Positions 36,553-49,864 of a stretch of DNA of 51,922 nucleotides are shown in pieces. The position numbers and the translations under genes were made by a program. The notes under the pieces are model-generated. The model ran no database searches and was not told where the DNA came from. It was given only the letters and a program-made list of their open reading frames with translations. The DNA lies in assembly GCF_001194135.2 (NCBI RefSeq), contig NC_069001.1, forward strand, positions 36,092,721 to 36,144,642, in the 5' to 3' direction. The DNA comes from Octopus bimaculoides (taxonomy: Eukaryota). How positions within the stretch are numbered: position 1 is the stretch's first letter; every line of letters starts with the position of its first letter.

Positions 36553-36710
36553 TTAGAGTGTGGCCATGCTGGGGCACCACCTTGAAGAATTTTAGTTGAA
36601 CGAATCAATCCCAGTATTTTTTTTTTCTGTTTTCTTTGTAAAGTCTGGTACTTGATCTATCAGTCTCTTTTGCTGAACCACTAAGTTACAGGGGACATAA
36701 ACATACCAAC
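36553..36710 (-). mobile_element. SINE family A 3' half
   Basis: gtggccatgctggggcaccacc...ggtacttgatctatcagtctcttttgctgaaccactaagttac. Confidence 0.7.
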
Positions 36711-36764
36711 CTGTGAGTGGACTGGGTCGATAGAAACACATACGTACACATGTGTGTAAAGAAT

Positions 36765-37110
36765 AAAGGGTAAAGACCCCCTTTGGTCATGAATGACCCA
36801 TGGGATTGCACCTAGAAAGTTCCCCTCCTAGGCACAAGTCCAGCCAAGGCTGTTTATGGAAGACCATCAGTTGCCCATGCATACCAGCCTCCCTTCTCTG
36901 TGCCACCAATGTTGTCCAAGGGAAAAGGCAAAGGGGCCGATACAGCTTGGCACCAGTGATGTCACAATTGACTCTTCAGCTGAGTGAACTAGAGCAATAT
37001 GAAATAAAGTGTCTTGCTCAAGAACACAACACACAGCCTGGTCTGGGAATTGAGCTCACTACCTCACAACTGTAAGCCCGACCGTCTAACCACTGAGCCA
37101 TGTGACTTCA
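36765..37110 (-). mobile_element. tRNA-derived SINE family E2 (E head and body, different 3' part)
   Basis: Shares about 140 nt of head and body with 7525-7664; distinct tail ...gggattgcacctagaaagttcccctcc...aaagaccccc on the + strand. Confidence 0.8.
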
Positions 37111-37855
37111 CACACATATGTATATAAATGGAAAACACACACATATATGTTATTGATAACACCTAGAAGAAGGTGCTTGTTTTCCACTCACCAAAGTGAA
37201 TGGAGCTTTGGCCAGGAGGAACTGTGTCATCAGACGGTATCCAATGATCACCAGGTGTTTCGACCCTCGACCATAACACCCTTGGTGGTCAGCAGAGCTG
37301 GCCAAATCACTGCTCCTCATCATGTCCAGGCTTCCAGCTTAACTCCTTTCTCTAACTCCATAACCAGCAAGCTCTTTCTGTCGCCTCTCCCATCCTACAT
37401 ACAGCTACTCTTCACTCTTTTCCTCTCATAATATCAATTTCATTCAGGTGTTAACCCTGGAGTTTAATCTTATTAAGTTCATCAACAGGTACAGGCTATC
37501 AGATACAGCTTCAAATCAGAGACCAAGACCAGATTATTTTAGAAATCATATTTCTGAAAATCCATAAATATCCTTAGAGTTTATATAATTATTAACAAGG
37601 TGAGTGAAAGAAGCAAGTTGTTCCATTAAATAAATTCACAATTGTTTCATCGATATTCAATCACAAGAGTATTACTATATTTATTATATAATATACACAG
37701 CTATAGATTCCTGAGGTATCATTTATATTGATATAATTGAATATCGATGTTTTGTATTTATGCATAAAATTCCATTCTCCTGAAATGAATATTGATGAAA
37801 CAATTGTAAATTCATGTAATAAAATTACTTGCTCACTTCATTCTCCCTGTGAATA

Positions 37856-37900
<45 letters not shown>

Positions 37901-38203
37901 AATATATATATGTATATATATGAGACAAACTGTTATTAAATAAATGTATGTGTATGTATAAAAGACACTTAATGTAAATAAAATATTTATTAATCAGCCA
38001 GTTTTCTTTTGAATAATATAATATATATATATATATANNNNNNNNNNNNNNNNNNNNNNNNNNNNNNNNNNNNNNNNNNNNNNNNNNNNNNNNNNNNNNN
38101 NNNNNNNNNNNNNNNNNNNNNNNNNNNNNNNNNNNNNNNNNNNNNNNNNNNNNNNNNNNNNNNNNNNNNNNNNNNNNNNNNNNNNNNNNNGTATCGATAA
38201 AAG

Positions 38204-38450
38204 ATTATGTCTTTGATATCATTCCATAGTTTATAAGTCAATTGTCTTAAAAATAATACAAATAAATTATGTCTTTGATTTTCTTCCATAGTTTACAAAT
38301 CACAAATCTCAGAAATAATATAAACGTTATGTGTACAATAATATATTGTGCCTTTGATGTCGTTCCATAGTTTTTAAGTCTATTGTCTTAGAAATAAAAC
38401 AAACATTACATATACAATACTTTATGTCTTTGATTTCTTTCCATACTTAA
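38204..38450 (+). repeat. Four-unit degenerate tandem repeat (~62-77 bp, alternating variants)
   Basis: tt(a/g)tg(t/c)ctttgat....ttccata recurs four times. Confidence 0.7.
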
Positions 38451-38694
38451 AACTTTCTTTTTTTTTTTTTATTTAATGCCTTAGATACATACAAAGACCA
38501 GAGTAGAGAACCATTAAACACATTTTCATTTTACAGACAGTTAAACTTCATTATCAATCGTAATGTATCCGTATCACAAATTTAATCATTTTAGACAGCC
38601 TCTAATTATGATCAACTGTCTTTATTCCTGGGTGTTTAAATAGCACTTAAGTGAGTTTGAACTCAGATTCTTTGATATCTAAACTAACAGAGTA

Positions 38695-38910
38695 CCATCT
38701 TCATCGTTGTCATCATCATCATTGTTTTAATGTCCAATTTTCCATGCTTGAATGGGTCAGATGGATTTTATTGAAGCAGATTTTATTTCTCTATGGCTGG
38801 ATGTTCTCCCTGTCACCAACCATCATCTGTTTCCAGGCCAGGTAATATTTTTCCATGGTTCGTGCCACCAGCACATGTGCTGGTAAGGCATCATTGCCAG
38901 CGTCGCAATA
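38695..38910 (-). mobile_element. Family C2
   Basis: (atc)n gttttaatgtccaattttccatgctt...ggctggatgttctccctgtcaccaacc...ctgtttccaggccaggtaatattt. Confidence 0.6.
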
Positions 38911-39257
38911 TATACATATATATGTGTATATGCATGTGTATGGGTGTGTGTGTGTGTGTGTGTATGTGCATATGCGTGTTGTTACTTCGTGTCTTGACAT
39001 CCTAATGATATATATATATATATATACACAGGGAGGCTCAAAAGTAGTCTTACAGTTATTCAACTATCTTTTTTGCATTCATATATTAACAATTTAGATC
39101 TTAATTATAAAAAAAATATAAAAACAAATAGTAATAATAGTAACAAGGATAATAATGATAATAATAATAATAATAATGATAATAATAATAATAATAATAA
39201 TGATAATAATAATAATAATAATGATAATAATAATAATCTTGTCTACTNNNNNNNNNN

Positions 39258-39440
39258 GGGGGGGGGGGGGCGAGTTGATTACATTGACTCCAGTGTTTCA
39301 CTGGTACTTAATTTATTGACCCTGGAAAGAGGAAAGGCAAAGTCAGCCTTGGCGGAATTTGAACTCAGAACCCCTAAAGACAGACAAAATACCATTAAGG
39401 GATTTCACCTGGTGCGTAAACGATTCTGCTACCTGATCCC
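39258..39440 (-). mobile_element. SINE family B
   Basis: ggtacttaatttattgaccc...aaaggcaaagtc...gcggaatttgaactcagaac...acgattctgc. Confidence 0.8.
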
Positions 39441-39689
39441 CTTGTATGAGAGTATAGTGAAAAACAAATACGAAATAGTTGAGAATTGGGGGGAAATGTT
39501 ATACATACTGTTGGTTTAAGCCTGATATTAAAAGACAATTGTGGAGTCAGGGATCTGGAATGTTGCGGTAAAGATGCAAGGATAAGACAAAAAAAAGGGG
39601 CAAATAGCAAAGTTTGGGGGTTAATAGCAGGAAATATGTATCTCAGATATCTTTTAAACGGTTACTATTGTTACAGCTGGCATTCTTCA

Positions 39690-40004
39690 GGTTCTTTCTC
39701 TTTCTCTCTCTCTTCCTTTCTATCTCTTTCTCTCTCTCTCCCTTACGTTCTTTCTTTGTCTCTTTATCTCTCTCTCTCCATCTCTCTATCTCTCTTTCAC
39801 CTTCTCTCATTTTCTCTTTCTCTCTCTTACATTTACTTTCTCTCTTTCTCTTTCTCTGCTTCTCTCTTTCTTTCTCTTTCTCTTTCTCCCTCTTTCTCTT
39901 TCTCTCCTCTCTTTCTCTCTCTTTCTCTTTCTCTCTCTCTACCTCTCTTTCACTTTTACTTTCTCTCTCTCTCCCTCTCTCTCTCTCTCTCCCTCTCTCT
40001 CTCT

Positions 40005-40040
<36 letters not shown>
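39690..40040 (+). repeat. (CT)n-rich polypyrimidine tract
   Basis: Direct reading. Confidence 0.9.
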
Positions 40041-40067
40041 CTATTATTTTTGCTTTGTTTGTTTGTT

Positions 40068-40139
40068 TGACCAAAACTCTTCAAGCTGGTGCCCCAGCAT
40101 GGCCACAGTCCAATGACTGAAACAAGTAAAAGCTAAAAG
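40068..40139 (+). mobile_element. SINE family A tail
   Basis: ggtgccccagcatggccacagtccaatgactgaaacaagtaaaag. Confidence 0.7.
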
Positions 40140-40204
40140 TTAACATCAGTGCCCAGCCTGCCACAATATCTATCGTCTAAACTGTGAAGTGACGTGATTT
40201 GGGG

Positions 40205-40400
40205 CAGGGTTAACACTTCAGATCAGGGTTAAGTCAGGACTTGCAATAAGGGGTTAAGATTTATAGTTGGAGTTCAGGTTTAGGATTAGGGTCCGAGTTT
40301 ATAGTCAGCTTTACGGACATGGTTAGGGTTTAGGATTAGGGGTTATGGTTTATAGTTAGGGTTATGGTGTAGGGCTATACTTAAGGTTTAGGATTAAGCT
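40205..40400 (+). repeat. Degenerate TTAGGG-like tract
   Basis: Exact TTAGGG at 40286, 40323, 40336 and 40356; ggtttaggatta occurs three times. Confidence 0.7.
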
Positions 40401-40899
40401 TTGAGTTACAATGCTCGCCAAAGTGTAAATGTCCTAGTAAAGCACACACTAGAATGGTACCAGACACTTTTCACTTTGCCCCATGGAGAAGTCACAGACA
40501 AGTTTTTTTTTGGCATTTAAAATCAAGCATAAAATACTCCAGCTTCTCCACTTGTAAATACAATAACTTCTCAGATAGAACAGAATCTATAGAATCCAGA
40601 TATTTTTATCAATGGTTACCAAGGAATACAAAACCAATATAATTTTGATGTTTGGTTGTTGTTTTTTGGGGTTTTTTTTCAATTTTGCATCTTTGTGGTT
40701 GTTGATGTTGCTGTTGTTTGTGAGCTTGTTTGAATGTAAAGTGTGTTGTCCAGTTCTATTTAATGATTTTTATGTTGGTCATGTTACAAGTTATTGGGAG
40801 AAAAAAAAAACAAAACAAAACAAAACGAAATCAATTGCAATGAAATGAAATACAATCGAATTAGATTCATACAGACATGTCAGCATAGAGAAAGACATA

Positions 40900-40917
40900 C
40901 ATATATATATATTTCTG

Positions 40918-40961
<44 letters not shown>

Positions 40962-41007
40962 CATACATACATACATATATATATATATACATATATACAT
41001 ACATACA

Positions 41008-41082
<75 letters not shown>

Positions 41083-41255
41083 ATACATATATATACATAC
41101 ATATTACATATACATATATAAATATACATACATACATATATATACATACATATACATCTATAAATATACATACATACATGCATGCATACATACATACATA
41201 CATACATACATACATACATACATACATCCATCAGTACACACATACATATATACAT
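40900..41255. repeat. (TA)n/(TACA)n tract
   Basis: Direct reading. Confidence 0.9.
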
Positions 41256-41427
41256 ATCACGAACTAACTGTTACTTTCTCAGATGCAGCATGGAATTTTG
41301 TCAGTGAAAAGGTTGCGGTTTCAAAGTGGTGAAAATATTTCGACAAATTAAATTTGAATATTGAAGTGAATCTTAACGGTTTTTGAGTGTTTTGAAATGG
41401 CTTATAAATACCTTCCATGCTGCAATT

Positions 41428-41484
<57 letters not shown>

Positions 41485-41510
41485 CATAGTCAACATATAC
41501 ATAAATATAT

Positions 41511-41542
<32 letters not shown>

Positions 41543-41780
41543 GATAGATAGATAGATATAGATATATAAATACAAATATATATGTATATATATATTATAT
41601 ACACATATATATATATATAAGCACACACATATATGAACGTGTGTGTGTGTGTGTATGTGTACAATAGAAATATATTTATACATGCCTATAGTAACACAAC
41701 AAGACGCACACAATTTCTGTGTCGTGGGACTGATTACAATACTATTACAAAATTTATCAAAATGCCAATCAAATGTATAT

Positions 41781-41836
<56 letters not shown>

Positions 41837-42317
41837 ATATATTCGATAATTGTACACAAGTGTGTAGCAATACAATTTATTTCAACTATTGTTGGTTGTA
41901 GCAATCTTCTTGATCAAATATATTGAGAAATATTTTCAATAATTGGACAGAGATACCATATCAGGGCAGCAAGTTATTTCAACCATTGTTAGCTCAACTA
42001 GTTATTGTTGACCATATGTCAAGNNNNNNNNNNNNNNNNNNNNNNNNNNNNNNNNNNNNNNNNNNNNNNNNNNNNNNNNNNNNNNNNNNNNNNNNNNNNN
42101 NNNNNNNNNNNNNNNNNNNNNNNNNNNNNNNNNNNNNNNNNNNNNNNNNNNNNNNNNNNNNNNNNNNNNNNNNNNNNNNNNNNNNNNNNNNNNNNNNNNN
42201 NNNNNNNNNNNNNNNNNNNNNNNNNNNNNNNNNNNNNNNNNNNNNNNNNNNNNNNNNNNNNNNNNNNNNNNNNNNNNNNNNNNNNNNNNNNNNNNNNNNN
42301 NNNNNNNNNNNNNNNNN

Positions 42318-42370
<53 letters not shown>

Positions 42371-42408
42371 TTATGTATGCATATATGTATGTATATATAT
42401 CATGGGAA

Positions 42409-42568
42409 CAGGCATGGGTGTGTAGTAAGAAGTTTGCTTCCCAGCCACATGGTTCTGGGTTCAGTTCCACTTCATGGCACCTCAGGCAATTGTCTTCTAC
42501 TACAGCCTCAGGCCAACCGAAGTCTTCTGAATGGATTTGGTAGGTGGAAACTGATAGAGGCCCATCGT
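42409..42568 (+). mobile_element. SINE family A head half
   Basis: ggcatgggtgtgtagtaagaagtttgcttcccagccacatggttctgggttcagttcc...ggatttggtaggtggaaactga. Confidence 0.8.
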
Positions 42569-43314
42569 ATATGTATGTATATGTGTGTGCGTTTGCAATG
42601 AAAGCGAAAATAAGTATGTGTCTGTGTGTGTGTGTATGTGTTTGTGTGTTTGTGCAAATGTATGCAATGACTTCATTTTTGCATCAGCATGTGTGTGTAT
42701 ATGAATGCATGAATACACATGTATGGTTTTGCATCTATGTAGGTACATTTATGTCAGCATGTATATACTTATTGTATATGTGAAAGTAAATGCACACACA
42801 TATATATTTGCTTTATATATATATATATGTGTGTGTGTGTGTATATATACCTATCTCTGTCTCTCTCTCCCTCCATACATGCATGCATGTATGGATATGC
42901 CTATACGCATGTGTGTATATGACTGTAAACATATACTCATATGCACCCTTTGTGGGGGATGTGTATGCGGATGCCTGCATGTATAAAAGCATAGGAGAAG
43001 GTCCTCATATGTGTGTATGTATGTGCGCACATATGCATATATGTGTGAATGTGTACATGTGCATATGTATTTGAAAACACACAGATTCACACACATACAC
43101 ACAGACACAAACACAGATGCACACTCACACACGCATACATACACACATTTACATAAGCACACTCACTCACTTACTCACATATATATATACACACTCACAT
43201 ATATACACACTCACACACGCACTCATATACACATGCGCACACACACACACACACTCACATACACACACACTCACACACTCACATATACACACACTCACAC
43301 ACACACACACTCAT

Positions 43315-43349
<35 letters not shown>

Positions 43350-44066
43350 CATATATATATATCTGGATGTCTGCCAATGTGTATATGTACATGCATCTGT
43401 CTGTGTGTGTGTGTGTGTGTGTAAACTAATATCAACAGATACTTCAGCATGCACATATGCATGTATGCATCCAAACCTTCCTACATGCACATGCATGTTC
43501 GCAGGTATTAATCAGCATTATTTCCTTCAACGAAACTCCCTGTCTGACATTTGAATCACCTGTCATTACTCAACCCACCGACCTGGTTCATTCGTAAAGG
43601 CAGGGGCTCACGGTTACATAAACCAGAGAACACAATAGAAGGGAGATAACTCATTGTTGTATTTCAAACTTAAGGGGTTTCTGCTGATGTGGGAGTCACA
43701 GTAACATAGGGGCTGGTAATAAAAAAAAGTAAGGGGCAGTGGAGGAATGGGGGTAATGGGAGAGAAGTGGGGGCTGGTAATTGAACTGATTGTAATCAGG
43801 TGGGTTTAATTTGTATTTTTATTTATTTTTTCGTTGTATTTTCAATTTTTTTTTTTCAGTATTCCTTCTACTGTGTGTGTGTCTTGATGTATGTAGGCCT
43901 GTATGTATGTTTGTATGCGCATGTGTGAATGTGTACATGTATATGTATGTGTCTATATATGCACATATATATGTGTGTACGTACAGTATACATATATAAA
44001 TACATGTGTGTGTGTATATATATGTGTGTGTGTGTACTTTTATATGTACATACATATGTATGTGTA

Positions 44067-44127
<61 letters not shown>

Positions 44128-44190
44128 GTATGTATACATATATGTATACATACATACACATNNNNNNNNNNGCACACATTTAAATGTATA

Positions 44191-44256
<66 letters not shown>

Positions 44257-44846
44257 TGTATGTATGTATATATATATATATACATAAACATACATACATT
44301 TGTGAATATGCATAAATTTGTGAGTGTATAAGTATATATATATATATATATATTACATACTCACACACAAATGGGAGGGGTGTATGTATGTATGCATGCA
44401 TGTATGAATGTTTGTACGGATGGATGGATGAACGGGTGGATGGATGTATGTATGGATGGGTAGACAGACAGACAGATATAATATACATTACTGCTGTGGT
44501 GACTCTACTGTGTTCCAACGCTTGTTCTCCAATACAGAATACATCTATAGATTTTAGCCATCACTGTATTTACATACAACCAGATATAATTACCATAATT
44601 CTATACACAATGTCCCTGGAGACGCAGCATGAAATCGAATATTGCTAAGGGCTTAACTAAATTGGATAGACTGATTTACATATATTCATCATTTATCCTT
44701 GGCATCCAATTAATTCACTGATTAAATCCAAACGATGGATTGGAAGCTGTGCAGCTGGTTGCACATTTTCGGTTCACAAAGATACTGCAACGTATAAAAG
44801 AGACACGGTGCTGACGAAATATCTCTGCATTCATATTGTCATTTTC

Positions 44847-45335
44847 TTTTATTTGTGTCAGTCATTTGACTGTGGCCATGCCGGAGCACTGCCTTTAATA
44901 TCTATTGATAAATATCGACATAGCATACTGCAGAATATATGTATATATTCATAGGTGTAGGCGTGGCTCCGTGGTAAGAAACTTGATTCCCAAGCACATG
45001 GTTCCGGGTTCAGTCCCACTGTGTGGCACCCTGAGCTAATGTATTCTACTATAGCCCTTGGCCAACCAAAGCCTTGTGAATGGATTTGATTGAGGAGAAA
45101 ATGAAAGAACTCCATTATATGTGTGTATTTGTCTTCCACCACCACACCACTTAACAACTGGTGTTGGTGTGTTTACATCCCCTGTAACTCAGTGGTTCAG
45201 CAAAAGTTACTGATAAGCTTAAAAAAGAAAGGAAAAAATAAATACTGAGGTCGATTCATTAGATTAAATATTCTTCAAGGTGGTGCCCTAGCATGGCCAC
45301 AGTCTGACTAAAACATTATAAGATAACGATAAATG
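44847..45335. mobile_element. Family A tail fragment (-, 44847-44900) plus full-length family A copy (+, 44953-45335)
   Basis: The + copy shows head, a minimal internal tatatgtgtgta linker and the complete 3' half. Confidence 0.75.
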
Positions 45336-45395
45336 ACATATATATATATATATATATATGTCTATATCATTATTATTATTATTATTATTATTATT

Positions 45396-45612
45396 GACTG
45401 CGCAAGTTGGTAGAACCGTTAGCACCCCAGGCAAAATGCTTATTGACATTTCATCAATCCTTACATTCTGAGTTCAAATTCTGCTGGGGTCAACTTTGCC
45501 TTTCATTCTTTCAGGGTCAATAAATTAAGTACCAGTGAAACACTGGGGATCGATGTAATTGATTATACCCCTCCCCACAAATTCCAGGCCTTGTATCTAT
45601 AGTAGAAAGGAT
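45396..45612 (+). mobile_element. SINE family B flanked by (TTA)n
   Basis: Head, central block and ggccttgtatctatagtagaaagg tail. Confidence 0.8.
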
Positions 45613-45614
45613 TG

Positions 45615-45707
<93 letters not shown>

Positions 45708-46236
45708 NNNNNNNNNNNNNNNNNNNNNNNNNNNNNNNNNNNNNNNNNNNNNNNNNNNNNNNNNNNNNNNNNNNNNNNNNNNNNNNNNNNNNNNNNNNNN
45801 NNNNNNNNNNNNNNNNNNNNNNNNNNNNNNNNNNNNNNNNNNNNNNNNNNNNNNNNNNNNNNNNNNNNNNNNNNNNNNNNNNNNNNNNNNNNNNNNNNNN
45901 NNNNNNNNNNNNNNNNNNNNNNNNNNNNNNNNNNNNNNNNNNNNNNNNNNNNNNNNNNNNNNNNNNNNNNNNNNNNNNNNNNNNNNNNNNNNNNNNNNNN
46001 NNNNNNNNNNNNNNNNNNNNNNNNNNNNNNNNNNNNNNNNNNNNNNNNNNNNNNNNNNNNNNNNNNNNNNNNNNNNNNNNNNNNNNNNNNNNNNNNNNNN
46101 NNNNNNNNNNNNNNNNNNNNNNNNNNNNNNNNNNNNNNNNNNNNNNNNNNNNNNNNNNNNNNNNNNNNNNNNNNNNNNNNGCAAAAAAAAAATCTAGCCT
46201 TGTGCCTAGAGTAAAAAAGATTACTATAATTATTAT

Positions 46237-46447
46237 GAAGGTGGTGAGCTGGCAGAATCGTTAGCATGCCAGGCGAAATGCTTAGCGGTATTTTGTCTGC
46301 CGCTACGTACTGAGTTCAAATTCCGCCAAGATCGACTTCACCTTTCATCCTTTCGGGGTCAATTAAATAGGTTCTAGTTACGCAGTGGGGTCAGTGTAAT
46401 TGATTTAATCCCCTCCCACAAGCTGCCCTAGTGGCAAAAATTTGAAA

Positions 46448-46449
<2 letters not shown>
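46237..46449 (+). mobile_element. SINE family B (another B tail lies at 46181-46222)
   Basis: ggtggtgagctggcagaatcgttagcatgccaggcgaaatgcttagcgg...gtggcaaaaatttgaaatc. Confidence 0.85.
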
Positions 46450-46485
<36 letters not shown>

Positions 46486-46487
<2 letters not shown>

Positions 46488-46760
46488 TACATGCTAATTG
46501 AATTAGCAGGAATGTTATCATGAAATCACAGTCACTTCAAGTCTCAAGAGTCTTTCTTAGGATTCTGGCAGAATACAGGAATGGTACCTTTCTGCAGGTC
46601 AAAAAGAAATCCAAGTCACAATCTTGCTATCTTACAGTCTCTCAGGTACCAGTTTGAGTCGTCTTCCACTGTTCTTGATAATCATATCTGGTCCTTCTAC
46701 TTCTACGGTATAGTCAGGCCTTATGGAGAAGTCTTGGAAAATCTGGTAATTCCATAGAAT
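46486..46760 (-). mobile_element. R4/Dong-like LINE 3' end (decayed REL endonuclease, C-terminus and 3' UTR)
   Basis: Minus strand gives LWNYQIFQDFSIRPDYTVEVEGPDMII (compare ILWDFxIQTDHxIEARRPDIVI). After an apparent internal deletion and frameshifts it gives LQKGTIP../SARILRKTLET* (compare LQKAxLLGTARILRKVL). The stop is at 46539-46537, followed by about 50 nt of UTR and then (TAA)n. Confidence 0.7.
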
Positions 46761-47424
46761 CCATGCAGTTCGGAAGCAACCATTTTTTTTTTTTGTTTTT
46801 AAATAATAAAACTATGAACAGAAATAAATTTCTTTAAATTACTGTAGCTTAGAATATTATACATTCGACCCACCCACCCCCAGTNNNNNNNNNNNNNNNN
46901 NNNNNNNNNNNNNNNNNNNNNNNNNNNNNNNNNNNNNNNNNNNNNNNNNNNNNNNNNNNNNNNNNNNNNNNNNNNNNNNNNNNNNNNNNNNNNNNNNNNN
47001 NNNNNNNNNNNNNNNNNNNNNNNNNNNNNNNNNNNNNNNNNNNNNNNNNNNNNNNNNNNNNNNNNNNNNNNNNNNNNNNNNNNNNNNNNNNNNNNNNNNN
47101 NNNNNNNNNNNNNNNNNNNNNNNNNNNNNNNCCCCGCCCCCCTCCATATGAAACAGGGGACAAACTTGTGTAATGATGCCTTTGACATTTATTTTATTTA
47201 AGGGTGTTTTTGTTTTTTTTCGTAGATTTACTTTCTGTTATTTCCGGGAAAAAATAGTGAAGGCGATGACTCTTTTATTAATTGCTGTTCTACCTGTGAG
47301 ACTTGTGTATATATTTGCCTTTTGGGAAATACACATACACGCATAGAGACACACACACATACACACACACAGACGCAAACACACACATATTTTTGTACAT
47401 GTGTATGTATGCATGTATATATAC

Positions 47425-47514
47425 AAATGCCATCCGGTTTCACCAGTGTCCTCAGTCAAATTGTCCAACCCATGCTAGCATGGAAAGCGGACGTTAAACG
47501 ATGATGATGATGAT
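47425..47514 (+). mobile_element. Family C tail
   Basis: ccggtttcaccagtgtcctcagtcaaattgtccaacccatgctagcatggaaagcggacgttaaacgatgatg. Confidence 0.85.
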
Positions 47515-47567
47515 GCATGTGTATATGTATAAATATATATACATATATATATACACACACACATACA

Positions 47568-47607
<40 letters not shown>

Positions 47608-48216
47608 GTATGTATACATATTTTTATGCATGGAAATGTGTGTGCGTGTGCATGTATTCCTACACCACATAGGTTTATATAGAGAGTGAGATTGATAAAT
47701 AGATGAACGTACATAAATATCTACACACATGTATATACATATACACATGTTCCTATATATATATATATATACATCAGTATATATTTATATAGACTCATGC
47801 ACACATTTATATACATATACATATACACATATACACGTGTGTGTGTGTGTGTGTGTGTGTGCATATCTGTGTAATAGATTAGATTAGCAAAAGCAACCAA
47901 ATCACTTAACGTTCAGCTTTTGGCTTTGTGAAAGACGACAGATATCTGTTAGATTAACTAACATTAGATATAACGAAATATTACAAAACAAAAAAAAAAT
48001 GAAACATGTAATATTTAAAAAAATCTGTACTGCTAATAAAAATGATATATAAATAGATATAACGACCCCCTTCTTTCTTTCCTCCCTTCTAAAAGAGAGA
48101 AAAACACACAAATAAAACCAAACAAAAAAAGACTTTCTCAAATTATTCATCCGTAGGGTATTTCTTCATATGTCTTCACATTCATTCAACGTGCTAAGTA
48201 TATATTGCTATATTAA

Positions 48217-48247
<31 letters not shown>

Positions 48248-48450
48248 GATATATATATATATATATAGATATATATATATATATATGTACACACATATAT
48301 ACATATATATGTACACACATATATACATATATATGTACACTTATATATACATATATATGTGTGTGTGCATGTATATATGTATATATACTCACACATGGGT
48401 TTATGATATACATCATATAAATATCATTTTATATATATATATATATATCT

Positions 48451-48547
48451 GTTAACTTTTATCATCATGTAGTTCTAATTCTTATATACATATATATTGA
48501 TACACAAATGCACACACACACACAAATATATATATAGATAATATATA

Positions 48548-48581
<34 letters not shown>

Positions 48582-49448
48582 CAAACATATATCTACATAT
48601 ATATATATATATATGTATGTATGTATTGGTTAACTTTTATCGTCATGTGCATTATATATGTATATATATATATATGTAAATATAAATATACATATATGAA
48701 CATATATATATATATATATATATATAAAGACACATATAAATATATATATATAGATATATATGTATATATATATTAAATATATATGTTTACATATATATAT
48801 ATACATATATATATATATACATTCACACACACATACAAATGCACACACACACAAACAGAGACACACACACACACATTCATAGATACTTCAACATATTTCT
48901 GGTTAACGGGATTTTTCAAAGTCATTTTGTGCAACACTTATTCGCTTTGCTACGATGGTGCGGAAAAAAAAAAAAACGTCCCGCTTCCTTTATTTTTTTT
49001 TTTAATTCTACATGTAAATGATGTTATGACAACGCCACCACCACCACCACCACCAACAACAACAACAAGCAACAGGATAGAAACCAGCTTGCTATTTATA
49101 TATTCATTTCATATATATACATATATATATATAGACACGCACACACATATATATATATATATATATAATATATATCTATATATATATATACAGACAAACA
49201 TATATCTACATATATATATATATATGTATGTATGTATGTATTGGTTAACTTTTATCGTCGTGTAGTTCTAATTCTTATATACATATATATAGATACACAC
49301 CTGCACACACACACACAAATATATATATGGATAATATATATCTATATATATATATATATACACAGACAAACATATATCTACATATATATATATATGTATG
49401 TATGTATGGGTTAACTTTTATCGTCATGTAGTTCTAATTCTTATATAC
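48451..49448 (+). repeat. ~166-178-bp satellite-like unit with embedded microsatellites
   Basis: The anchor gttaacttttatc(a/g)tc(a/g)tgt recurs at 48451, 48629, 49244 and 49410. Confidence 0.8.
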
Positions 49449-49864
49449 GCTTAAGGTATTAGATGCTCACCAGATTTTCATGGAACCATTCTCTGTTCTG
49501 TATATCGGAGTCGATTCGCCTGAAGCTTTCGCATCTTTGAAAAAGAGCGAGAAAAACAAGGAGGAAATAAAGAAAGAAAGAAAGAAAGAGAGAAGGAATG
49601 GAATAAAGCGGAAAAGACCAAAAAGAAAAAAAAAAGAAAAACGGAGAGAGAGAGAAAGGAAGAGAAAAGACTTATGGAACGTAAAAGTCGAAGTCTGCTG
49701 AGAAGCGATTTGCTAAAGCGATGATCACAGCATTAATTTGTATCTTAACAACTATTTTTGTTATAAGGAATTTCTTGTAGCTTTAATGGAAGCTAAGAAG
49801 TTAATCTAAAATGCAATCTTTCTTGAAGAATAGTTCCAGAATAATCCAGCTTTACTCTTCTTCT

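Larger units (their letters stand above)
2406..47131. other. 13 assembly gaps dispersed across this span
   Basis: N-runs at 2406-2766, 8462-8542, 10389-10898, 15381-15574, 27069-27313, 28180-28566, 31323-31476, 38038-38190, 39248-39257, 42024-42317, 44162-44171, 45708-46180 and 46885-47131. Confidence 0.95.
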
